NCBI GenBank assembly: GCA_945872565.1
Contig: CAMBZN010000004.1
Coordinates: 20,190 to 84,189 of the forward strand
From: Chlamydia trachomatis
GTDB lineage: Bacteria; Chlamydiota; Chlamydiia; Chlamydiales; 2-12-FULL-49-11
Direction of reading: 5' to 3'
DNA: 64,000 nucleotides
Under the pieces are notes generated by a model. The model did not search any database and was not told the origin of the DNA. It was given only the letters and a program-made list of their open reading frames with translations. Positions within the stretch are counted from its first letter, which is position 1. Every line of letters begins with the position of its first letter. Below are positions 1 to 6,998 of the stretch, piece after piece. The translations under genes were made by a program, and so were the position numbers.

Positions 1-395
1 TTTTTAGAAGGGATCCGAATAGAATCGACTTGCTTTCCAGTCAGCGGAGTGGCTTTTTCACGGATTTCTGATATTGTAGAGGTGTCTAATTGCTTTACTA
101 TTTCAAGCACATCCATTGTTCTAACACGTACTATATGTCTTGCTAATTTAAACGGGTCTTTAATATCAGTGACTAATAAATTTTTTAGTTTTGTTGGATT
201 TAGATCTGCTCCTTTAGCTGTTTGTGGTAAAGGCTTATCCGAAGAAGAAACATTCCCATGAGCTTTATTGAAAACCCCGGTTAAAGATTGATTGGGGTTT
301 GTAACCACCTCGCATTTACGCTCATTATCTTTACCAGCCGGGCCATCGGGCAAATTAGGCCCTTGACCTGCTTGCGACACTCCTAAATCAGACAT
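1..395 (-). CDS. hypothetical protein, 5' part only (runs off the left edge of the window)
   Basis: ATG at 395-393 on the minus strand is followed by a stop-free frame down to base 1 (131 codons). It is missing from the ORF track only because it has no stop inside the window. It begins MSDLGVSQAGQGPNLPDGPAGKDNERK. The N-terminus is polar and Pro/Gly/Asn-rich, and I recognise no domain. Confidence 0.45.
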   Translation of the reverse strand, partial: MSDLGVSQAGQGPNLPDGPAGKDNERKCEVVTNPNQSLTGVFNKAHGNVSSSDKPLPQTAKGADLNPTKLKNLLVTDIKDPFKLARHIVRVRTMDVLEIVKQLDTSTISEIREKATPLTGKQVDSIRIPSK

Positions 396-492
396 AAAAA
401 AACTCCTATTTACAACAATCTTTATAATCATTATATCATAATTATAATCAATTGTTAATAAGAATTTTTTTATTTATAAGGTAATTTAAGGT

Positions 493-1065
493 TTAAGTAA
501 AAAAGTCTATAGGTTTAATTACCTGTCGTTTAGTTGTTAAGGTTTTATTTTCGACATTAATTAAGGCTGGTTTAATTTTTTGTAGCTCTTTTTCTGAAAG
601 GTGATCAAAATAAAGAACTCCATTAAGGTGATCTATTTCATGCTGAATGCACTTAGCCCTCCACCCTGTTTCCTTGACCCCTTTGATTCTTTCCCCCTTA
701 AGATTTGAGTACTCTATCTCAATATCATACGCTCTTTCCACCCTTGCAGAGACCCCAGGAATGGATAGACACCCCTCTGAAGTGGTGAATTTCTTTTTAG
801 AAAATTTAGTAATCACAGGATTGATATAAATTTCAGGCTGCTCAAGGCAAAGTGCAAAGCCCTCCTCATCAACTTCATGCGAATAGGCATTAACAAAAAT
901 TCTTAAAGGATATCCTATTTGTGGTGCAGCAAGGCCTGCACCATTATGTGCTCTTACAACTTGGATCAACTCCTCCACTACTTTCTTGATTAAAGGGGTG
1001 ATTTCTCCCACCTCCCTACACATTTCACGCAAGACAGGCTCACCTAAATAACATAGTTTCCTCAT
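493..1065 (-). CDS. def: peptide deformylase
   Basis: 190-aa ORF with all three deformylase motifs: GLAAPQIG, EGCLSIPG and HEIDHLNG. Confidence 0.95.
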   Translation of the reverse strand: MRKLCYLGEPVLREMCREVGEITPLIKKVVEELIQVVRAHNGAGLAAPQIGYPLRIFVNAYSHEVDEEGFALCLEQPEIYINPVITKFSKKKFTTSEGCLSIPGVSARVERAYDIEIEYSNLKGERIKGVKETGWRAKCIQHEIDHLNGVLYFDHLSEKELQKIKPALINVENKTLTTKRQVIKPIDFFT

Positions 1066-1070
1066 TCAAT

Positions 1071-1352
1071 TTACTCCGACTGAATTTCAACCACAGGGGG
1101 AACTGGAGCCTTTGAAAGAGCGTGGGACCAATAAGTTAAAAGCAATGAACCGGCAAGAAAAGCAACAGCTAGGTATGCTGTGATCTTTTTCACAACCTCT
1201 GCGGTGGAGGCTCCAAATAAAGAAGAGGAACTATCCCCTCCAAATGATGCACCTAAACCTAAGCTTTTACTCTCTTGTATTAAAATCAGTAAAGATAATA
1301 CAACCCCAACGCCTAGAAATAAAAATATAAATAGAAAAAACATTAATGACAT
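1071..1352 (-). CDS. secG: preprotein translocase subunit SecG
   Basis: 93-aa two-TM protein. LLILIQESKSLGLGASFGG...SLFG matches the SecG signature. It is tightly packed between def and tpiA. Confidence 0.8.
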   Translation of the reverse strand: MSLMFFLFIFLFLGVGVVLSLLILIQESKSLGLGASFGGDSSSSLFGASTAEVVKKITAYLAVAFLAGSLLLTYWSHALSKAPVPPVVEIQSE

Positions 1353-1354
1353 AA

Positions 1355-2095
1355 TTAACTTACCGCCTTATTTATCAACTGATTAAATGATAGAGTATCT
1401 AGAGAGGCTCCGCCTACTAGTACGCCATCGACATTTTGAATAGAGAGAATTTCTGAAATAGTAGAGATCGAGACAGATCCTCCGTAAAGGATGGGAACGT
1501 TTACTCCCATTTCGGCATCAAAATCTATAAGTTTTTCTCGAATCATCGCATGTACTGTTCTTATACAACTGGAATCTGCAACCTTTCCTGTACCAATTGC
1601 CCAGACTGGTTCATAGGCTACAGTGAGAAGTTTAAAGTGATTTCCAAATAAGTCAGACAATGGCTCATCAAGCATTCTATCGATCACCTCTTCGGTTTGC
1701 CCAAGATTTCTTTCTTCAAGAGTTTCTCCAACGCACAAGATAAATGGCATATTTTCTACAACCGCCCTTTCAACTTTTCTTCCAATACAGTGGTTATTTT
1801 CAAAAAAAATCTTACGTCTTTCACTGTGACCTAAAAGAACAAAATCACATCCCACATCTTTGAGCATACTAGCTGAAATCTCCCCTGTATAGGGGCCGTG
1901 GCTATACTCAGACATATTTTGAGAGCCTATGCGAATGTTTTTTGAGATGGCCATATTTTTTGCCTCTCGTATTGAAAGGAAAGGGGGAATAATAGCAATA
2001 TTAACATCGTTTTGTAAGGGCATCTTGCAGATAAAATCAGAAGTTTCCCTCTGAAGCTTGTTCATTTTCCAGTTTGCAACGATTGTTTTTTTCAT
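1355..2095 (-). CDS. tpiA: triosephosphate isomerase
   Basis: 246 aa with ANWKMN, GHSERR and AYEPVWAIGTG motifs. Confidence 0.95.
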   Translation of the reverse strand: MKKTIVANWKMNKLQRETSDFICKMPLQNDVNIAIIPPFLSIREAKNMAISKNIRIGSQNMSEYSHGPYTGEISASMLKDVGCDFVLLGHSERRKIFFENNHCIGRKVERAVVENMPFILCVGETLEERNLGQTEEVIDRMLDEPLSDLFGNHFKLLTVAYEPVWAIGTGKVADSSCIRTVHAMIREKLIDFDAEMGVNVPILYGGSVSISTISEILSIQNVDGVLVGGASLDTLSFNQLINKAVS

Positions 2096-2164
2096 AGGTG
2101 CTGATTATAGCAAATCGTCAGGGTCATTTTCAAGTTGAAAATTTGGCTACAATAGCTTATTCTC

Positions 2165-3454
2165 ATGGCTATGGAAAAAACTCTAAAAAATATTCACACA
2201 GTATCCTCCCTTACTTACGAAATCAAACATCTTTTTGAAGTCAATTTTAAACTAATACAGGTAAAAGGAGAGGTGTCGAATTTAAAAAAACAATCTAGTG
2301 GGCATATCTATTTTACCTTAAGCGACAAGTCAAGCTCCATTTCTGTCGCATTATTTTCGAGTTTTGCAAGTAAAACACTTCTTCCTAAAGATGGAGATGA
2401 GATCATTGTTGAAGGAGAAATTTCTGTTTATGCACCTCGAGGAAGTTACCAAATCATCGCTCAAAAAATCTCTAAAACAGGGACGGGCGATCTTTTACTC
2501 AAGTTGCATATGTTGAAAGAGGAGCTTTCAAAGCTTGGGTATTTTAATCCAGAAATAAAAAAGCCCCTTCCAAAATTTCCAAAAAGAATCGGCGTGGTGA
2601 CCTCCCCTACTGGGGCAGTGATCAAAGATATCATCAACGTATTATCCAGAAGATACCCAAATTTTCAACTCATTTTAAACCCTGTTGCTGTGCAAGGGGT
2701 GGGGGCTGAGCTTGAAATTGCAAGAGCAATTGATGATTTTAACAAACACCAATTGGTTGATGTGATGATAATTGGTCGTGGTGGTGGCTCCTTAGAAGAC
2801 CTTTTTTGCTTTAATGAAAGAGTGGTAGCCGAAGCAATTTTTAGATCAAAAATTCCAATTATTTCCGCCTGTGGTCATGAAACAGATTTCACAATAGCAG
2901 ATTTTTGCGCTGACGTAAGAGCTCCAACCCCCTCCTCTGCAGCAGAACTTGTGGTAGTTGATAAACAACTAGTTCAAAATCAGCTGAGCAAACTTAAAGA
3001 ATCGATCTCTAAAGGTGCATTTACCCACCTAAAAAACTTCAAAACAGCCTTGCATAAAATCGCTTCTTGCCGCGCTTTTGCCTCTCCTTACTCGATGCTG
3101 TCCATATTTATTCAAAACGTGGATCAAATCACCCAAAACATAGATAAAAGCATGGTCAGGTCAGTACAGATTAAAAGATCTTTTATCAAAGAGAAGAAAA
3201 AAACTCTCCTTCTTTTTTCCCCTATGGCAAAAATCAAGGCTTTGAAAGAAAAAATTGCGGCAATAGGGGAGCATCTTATTTCAGTAAATCCAAATAATTT
3301 AGTAAAAAAGGGGTACTGTCTACTTTTTAAATACCAAACAAAACAGCTAATCACCTCATTATCTCAATTACAAGCACAAGACAAGGTGCAAATCAAAGTG
3401 AGCGGTGGTGAGGCTTTAGCAACCATAGAAAACCTAAAGGAAATATCACTATGA
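2165..3454 (+). CDS. xseA: exodeoxyribonuclease VII large subunit
   Basis: 429 aa with an N-terminal OB-fold (VKGEVSNLKKQSSGHIYFTLSD) and a GRGGGSLEDL motif. The stop overlaps the xseB start (ATGA). Confidence 0.9.
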   Translation: MAMEKTLKNIHTVSSLTYEIKHLFEVNFKLIQVKGEVSNLKKQSSGHIYFTLSDKSSSISVALFSSFASKTLLPKDGDEIIVEGEISVYAPRGSYQIIAQKISKTGTGDLLLKLHMLKEELSKLGYFNPEIKKPLPKFPKRIGVVTSPTGAVIKDIINVLSRRYPNFQLILNPVAVQGVGAELEIARAIDDFNKHQLVDVMIIGRGGGSLEDLFCFNERVVAEAIFRSKIPIISACGHETDFTIADFCADVRAPTPSSAAELVVVDKQLVQNQLSKLKESISKGAFTHLKNFKTALHKIASCRAFASPYSMLSIFIQNVDQITQNIDKSMVRSVQIKRSFIKEKKKTLLLFSPMAKIKALKEKIAAIGEHLISVNPNNLVKKGYCLLFKYQTKQLITSLSQLQAQDKVQIKVSGGEALATIENLKEISL

Positions 3455-3708
3455 CAAAAGAACAAACATTTGAAAAATCTTACGCAAGGCTTGAGGAAAT
3501 CCTTGAAAAAATCAATCACGGTGAAGTGTCGCTTGAAAATTCACTTTCCCTTTATGAAGAAGCTGACAGTCTCATTCAATCTTGCAATAAGAAAATTGAT
3601 TTAGCTGAAAAAAAAATCACCACTTTAATGAAAAACAGAGAAAAGGAACTCGTTCTTGATGAAGATGGAAATCCACTTCAAAAAAACTTTGTTCACGATA
3701 AAGACTAA
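3451..3708 (+). CDS. xseB: exodeoxyribonuclease VII small subunit
   Basis: 85-aa helical protein translationally coupled to xseA. FEKSYARLEEILEKI...LSLYEEA is typical of XseB. Confidence 0.85.
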   Translation: MTKEQTFEKSYARLEEILEKINHGEVSLENSLSLYEEADSLIQSCNKKIDLAEKKITTLMKNREKELVLDEDGNPLQKNFVHDKD

Positions 3709-3743
3709 ACATGCTAGTTGTTAAGAAAACAAAGAGATAAGCT

Positions 3744-4583
3744 ATGCGCATTGGAATCTGCCCCAGTTATGATAAAATTCCTGCAAAAAACTTTGTTTTC
3801 CCCATCATGGAGCATTTGCATCGACATAATGTTGAAGTGTTTATCGATGATGAGGTCAAAGGACTATTCCCTCTTCCTCTCATAGAAAAAGATACGCAAA
3901 TAGACCTTTTTATCACCCTTGGCGGTGATGGAACCCTTTTATATTTTGTAAGTAAATACAAAAACCATAAAAACGCCCTCTTTACAGCCATTAACTTTGG
4001 GTCCCTTGGATTTATGGCAGATATTCGTATCGAAGAGTTTGAAGGGTATCTTGACGACATTATTAGCGGCAAGTGGAAAATTCACAACCGAATTATGCTC
4101 GACGCTGTTTCTCCTGATGGGAGAACTTATTTTGCTGTTAACGACATTGTTCTCCATAGGGGAGAAACAAAATCAATGGTAGAGCTTGAAGTGACTATTG
4201 ATGGGGAGTACTTTAATACTTTTCAGTCTGACGGACTGATCATTTCAACCCCAACTGGATCAACAGCCTATTCCTTAGCAGCGGGCGGTCCAATTATAGT
4301 TCCTACCCTCAACGTTTTTGTAATCACCCCCATCTGCCCCCATACACTCACCACAAGACCCTTTGTCATCCCAGACACCTCCATCATAGAAATTAAATCC
4401 ATTTCAAAAAACAGCTCTATCACCTCTACCGTGGATGGGTTAACTTCCTATCAGCTTGAAAAAGATCAAATCACCACCCTAAAAAAGTCTCCCTCCACCT
4501 TCAACCTGATTTTTTTTCCGGGCAAAGATAATTCTTTTTACTCTACTTTACGGCAAAAGCTTGGCTGGAAGGGCTATCATTAA
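3744..4583 (+). CDS. nadK: NAD kinase
   Basis: 279 aa with GGDGT, NFGSLGFM and TPTGSTAYSLAAGGPI motifs. Confidence 0.9.
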   Translation: MRIGICPSYDKIPAKNFVFPIMEHLHRHNVEVFIDDEVKGLFPLPLIEKDTQIDLFITLGGDGTLLYFVSKYKNHKNALFTAINFGSLGFMADIRIEEFEGYLDDIISGKWKIHNRIMLDAVSPDGRTYFAVNDIVLHRGETKSMVELEVTIDGEYFNTFQSDGLIISTPTGSTAYSLAAGGPIIVPTLNVFVITPICPHTLTTRPFVIPDTSIIEIKSISKNSSITSTVDGLTSYQLEKDQITTLKKSPSTFNLIFFPGKDNSFYSTLRQKLGWKGYH

Positions 4584-4653
4584 AATGTAGATTTTAATAT
4601 CAATTGGATCGATTTGAAATTTGTTGCTACAAATTCTAATATTGTCGTAATGT

Positions 4654-4690
4654 ATTGTTTATCAGTGTTTAGCAAAAAATTAACAAAAAA
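4654..4690 (+). promoter_or_regulatory. conserved upstream block of the small-protein cassettes (candidate promoter or 5' leader)
   Basis: ATTGTTTATCAGTGTTTAGCAAAAAATTAACAAAAAA ends about 10 nt before the ATG. It is identical at 5770-5806 and closely similar at 6497-6533. It contains TTGTTT, 17 nt, then AATTAA, which is only a weak sigma70-like match. Confidence 0.3.
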
Positions 4691-4699
4691 GGGCATTAT

Positions 4700-4978
4700 A
4701 TGAACGTAACCTCAATAGGACAACAAACAGTAAATCAAGCACAAAATAAAACAGGATACCTAGGTGGGTATTCTTTTTCTTTAGCAAATATTCCAGGAAA
4801 TATTCGTAAACATGCAATTGCTCTTACTGCTTTAATTGTACAAGCAAACATCGATCTTGCAGCAGCAGGTCCCATGGCATACGGTATCTGTGTAGGGGGA
4901 TGTTTTGTTTTATGTCCACCCTTGATACCACTATGTCTAGTTGAATGTTTACCTCTTCTAGCAGTTCCAACGCCATAA
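4700..4978 (+). CDS. small twin-CX3C hydrophobic-tail protein, paralog A (92 aa)
   Basis: One of four paralogs sharing TGYLGGYSFSLxNIPGN and C-X3-C-X10-C-X3-C. A hairpin terminator follows. I recognise no homology. Confidence 0.7.
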   Translation: MNVTSIGQQTVNQAQNKTGYLGGYSFSLANIPGNIRKHAIALTALIVQANIDLAAAGPMAYGICVGGCFVLCPPLIPLCLVECLPLLAVPTP

Positions 4979-4988
4979 TTTCTTCAAA

Positions 4989-5022
4989 GCTACTAATTTG
5001 AAGTATTAGTGGCTTGTTTTAT
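4989..5022 (+). terminator. intrinsic terminator after paralog A
   Basis: The GCTACTAAT (4989-4997) / ATTAGTGGC (5005-5013) stem has one G-U pair and a 7-nt loop, followed by TTGTTTTATT. Confidence 0.6.
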
Positions 5023-5070
5023 TCAACAGTCATTAAATGATTGAAACCATGATAGTAATAACTAATATTA

Positions 5071-5449
5071 TTAAGAGGAGTCTGTTAGTTTTGTTTTCTC
5101 TTTAAATATTGTGTATAAAATCGTTCCGTATAAAAAAACAAGCGGTAGCCCCATTGCGGCTATAAACATCGTCACTATTAAAGTGATCCTTTGAGCTGAG
5201 GAGTTGTAGATTGTAAGGCTATTGCTTGCATAGTCAATAGATGAGGGGATCATATTTGGAAATGTCCCTATCAAGACAAGTAGAAATAAAAACACAATTG
5301 TTGCCATAGAAGAGATGAAGCTATACCCATAACGTCGTTTAGAAAGAGTAACGGGCAAAAGACCTATAAAGATCTGCATTACAAGTGGAACAAGAAAAAA
5401 GAATTTATATGTAATAAAAGCCTCAGTCATCCTTGGCACCGATCCCCAT
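5071..5449 (-). pseudogene. cydB 3' fragment (duplication remnant)
   Basis: Copy of the last ~125 codons of cydB (compare VPRMTAAFITYKFFFLVPLV in the full gene). It lacks the first ~215 codons and ends exactly at the duplication junction. Confidence 0.85.
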
Positions 5450-5699
5450 CTGCCCTCATAGACTCACCACCCGCCCATTTGTCATCCCAGACACCTCCAT
5501 CATAGAAATTAAATCCATTTCAAAAAACAGCTCTATCACCTCTACCGTGGACGGGTTAACTTCCTATCAGCTTGAAAAAGATCAAATCACCACCCTAAAA
5601 AAGTCCCCCTACACCTTCAACCTGATTTTTTTTCCGGGCAAAGATAATTCTTTTTACTCTACTTTACAGCAAAAGCTTGGCTAGAAGGGCTATCATTAA
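5450..5699 (+). pseudogene. nadK 3' fragment (duplication remnant)
   Basis: Copy of the last ~83 codons of nadK (ICPHRLTTRPFVIPDTSIIEIKSISKNSS...). It has no N-terminal catalytic part. The TGG codon near the end has changed to TAG (5682-5684). Confidence 0.85.
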
Positions 5700-5769
5700 T
5701 ATGTAGATTTTAATATCAATTGGATCAATTTGAAATTTGTTGCTACAAATTCCAATATTGTCGTAATGT

Positions 5770-5806
5770 ATTGTTTATCAGTGTTTAGCAAAAAATTAAC
5801 AAAAAA
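5770..5806 (+). promoter_or_regulatory. conserved upstream block (copy 2)
   Basis: Identical to 4654-4690 and at the same 46-nt offset from the ATG. Confidence 0.3.
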
Positions 5807-5815
5807 GGGCATTAT

Positions 5816-6094
5816 ATGAACGTAACCTCAATAGGACAACAAACAGTAAATCAAGCACATAATAAAACAGGATATTTAGGAGGATATTCATTTTCTCTAT
5901 TGAATATTCCAGGAAATATTTGTAAATATGCAATTCCCCTAACTGCCATGATTGTGATGGCAAACATCCCAAAGGTCGATAGCGGACCTTTAAGTTATGC
6001 TGCTTGTTGCCTAGCATGCACCGCATCCCTACCTCCAGCTGTTCCTGCTTGTCTCACTTTGTGTGGAATAATTCTTTTTTTCCCATCACCATAA
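5816..6094 (+). CDS. small twin-CX3C hydrophobic-tail protein, paralog B (92 aa)
   Basis: This is the most divergent paralog. Its tail is ACCLACTASLPPAVPACLTLC, yet the C-X3-C-X10-C-X3-C spacing and central PP are retained. No terminator follows, and it is 44 nt upstream of paralog C. Confidence 0.65.
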   Translation: MNVTSIGQQTVNQAHNKTGYLGGYSFSLLNIPGNICKYAIPLTAMIVMANIPKVDSGPLSYAACCLACTASLPPAVPACLTLCGIILFFPSP

Positions 6095-6138
6095 TATTTT
6101 TAACAACCAAACTTTTATAAACTTCAAAAGGAGACTTT

Positions 6139-6423
6139 ATGTCAGCGATAACATGCGTAACAACAAATCAAAATGCAAATCCACAACCAATCAAAACAGG
6201 ATACCTGGGTGGGTATTCTTTTTCTTTAGCAAATATTCCAGGAAATATTCGTAAACATGCAGTGGCCCTTACTGCTTTAATTGTACAAGCAAACATCTCT
6301 CTTGCAGCAGCAGGTCCCATGGCATACGGTATCTGTGTAGAAGGATGTTTTCTTTTATTTCCACCTCTAACACCAATCTGTGTAGTTGGGTGTTTACCTC
6401 TTCTTGCAGCTCCAACCCCATAA
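6139..6423 (+). CDS. small twin-CX3C hydrophobic-tail protein, paralog C (94 aa)
   Basis: A strong AAGGAG lies 8 nt upstream of the ATG. The body is nearly identical to paralog A from GYLGGYSFSL onward. A hairpin terminator follows. Confidence 0.7.
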   Translation: MSAITCVTTNQNANPQPIKTGYLGGYSFSLANIPGNIRKHAVALTALIVQANISLAAAGPMAYGICVEGCFLLFPPLTPICVVGCLPLLAAPTP

Positions 6424-6433
6424 TTTCTTTAAA

Positions 6434-6468
6434 GCCACTAATTTGTATTATTAGTGGCTTATTTTATT
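6434..6468 (+). terminator. intrinsic terminator after paralog C
   Basis: GCCACTAAT (6434-6442) / ATTAGTGGC (6450-6458) form a perfect 9-bp stem, followed by TTATTTTATT. Confidence 0.6.
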
Positions 6469-6496
6469 CAGCAGTGCATAAGATTATTTAACTCAG

Positions 6497-6533
6497 ATTG
6501 TTTATCAGTCCGTAGCAAAAAAATTACAAAAGG
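6497..6533 (+). promoter_or_regulatory. conserved upstream block (copy 3, diverged)
   Basis: ATTGTTTATCAGTCCGTAGCAAAAAAATTACAAAAGG precedes paralog D. Confidence 0.3.
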
Positions 6534-6540
6534 CTATTTT

Positions 6541-6822
6541 ATGAACGTAACTTCAGTAGTAGAAAAAGCACTAAATCAAATAGAAAAAAATGTAACAGGA
6601 TATTTAGAAGGGTACTCATTTTCTTTATGGAACATTCCAGGAAATATGCGTAAGCATGCAATTGCTCTTGCTTCTTTAATTCTAGATGCAAACACTACCT
6701 TTGCCGAAGTAAGTCCTATGGCCTACACAATCTGTCTAGGGGGATGTTATCTTTTATATCCACCCTTTGTACCAATATGTCTATTTGAATGTTTACCTCT
6801 TTTACCGGCTCCATCCTCATAA
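6541..6822 (+). CDS. small twin-CX3C hydrophobic-tail protein, paralog D (93 aa)
   Basis: The ORF-track start (GTG 6454) lies inside the preceding terminator hairpin. The internal ATG at 6541 gives MNVTSVVEK, which aligns with MNVTSIGQQ of paralogs A and B. Confidence 0.7.
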   Translation: MNVTSVVEKALNQIEKNVTGYLEGYSFSLWNIPGNMRKHAIALASLILDANTTFAEVSPMAYTICLGGCYLLYPPFVPICLFECLPLLPAPSS

Positions 6823-6833
6823 TTTCTTTAAAT

Positions 6834-6868
6834 CCACTAATTTGTAGTATTAGTGGCTTGTTTTATTC
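6834..6868 (+). terminator. intrinsic terminator after paralog D
   Basis: CCACTAAT (6834-6841) / ATTAGTGG (6849-6856) form the stem, followed by CTTGTTTTATT. Confidence 0.6.
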
Positions 6869-6902
6869 AACGAAGCATTAGACTATTGAACCAAGGAATA
6901 TC

Positions 6903-6997
6903 AGACCTTTTTCGAAACTCCATTTGCTCACTAAAACAGCAATTTTCGCACCTTTACCATCAATTTTTTCGAGCAAAGCGAATTTCGAAAGAGGTCT
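6903..6997. repeat. long-range inverted repeat just downstream of the cydB stop
   Basis: AGACCTTTTTCGAAA (6903-6917) pairs with TTTCGAAAGAGGTCT (6983-6997). The arms are 15 nt with one mismatch and a 65-nt spacer. This segment is absent from the duplicated copy near 5030-5070. Confidence 0.4.
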
Positions 6998-6998
6998 A

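Larger units (their letters stand above)
4334..5449. repeat. tandem segmental duplication, unit 1 (nadK 3' end, one small-protein gene, cydB 3' fragment)
   Basis: 4334-4760 matches 5450-5876 (nadK 3' end, intergenic region, 5' end of the small gene). 5071-5449 matches 6999-7380 (cydB 3' end). Both are roughly 95% identical by eye. Confidence 0.85.

Noticed and set aside
5435-5450. A TGGCAC at the duplication junction that resembles the -24 element of sigma54 promoters.
   Set aside because: The -12 element (TTGC) is absent at the required spacing. The hexamer is simply cydB coding sequence, and the same TGGCAC occurs at 7365-7370 in the intact gene.
6454-6540. The N-terminal extension of paralog D given in the ORF track (GTG 6454, 122 aa).
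   Set aside because: The GTG lies inside the right arm of the preceding terminator hairpin. The added 29 aa have no counterpart in the other paralogs, whereas ATG 6541 restores the shared MNVTS start.
4700-6822. The small Cys-rich ORFs as RiPP or bacteriocin precursors (Cys- and Pro-rich C-terminal 'core' after a conserved 'leader').
   Set aside because: The neighbourhood has no radical-SAM enzyme, cyclodehydratase, lanthionine synthetase, peptidase-ABC exporter or immunity gene. The flanks are nadK and cydAB. The tail is long and hydrophobic, like a membrane segment, and there is no GG/GA-type cleavage motif. I kept this as a remote alternative only.
4700-6822. The small ORFs as CydX/CydH-type accessory subunits of cytochrome bd.
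   Set aside because: They are on the opposite strand from cydAB. At ~93 aa they are far longer than the 30-40 aa of CydX. They have their own terminators and are present in four copies.
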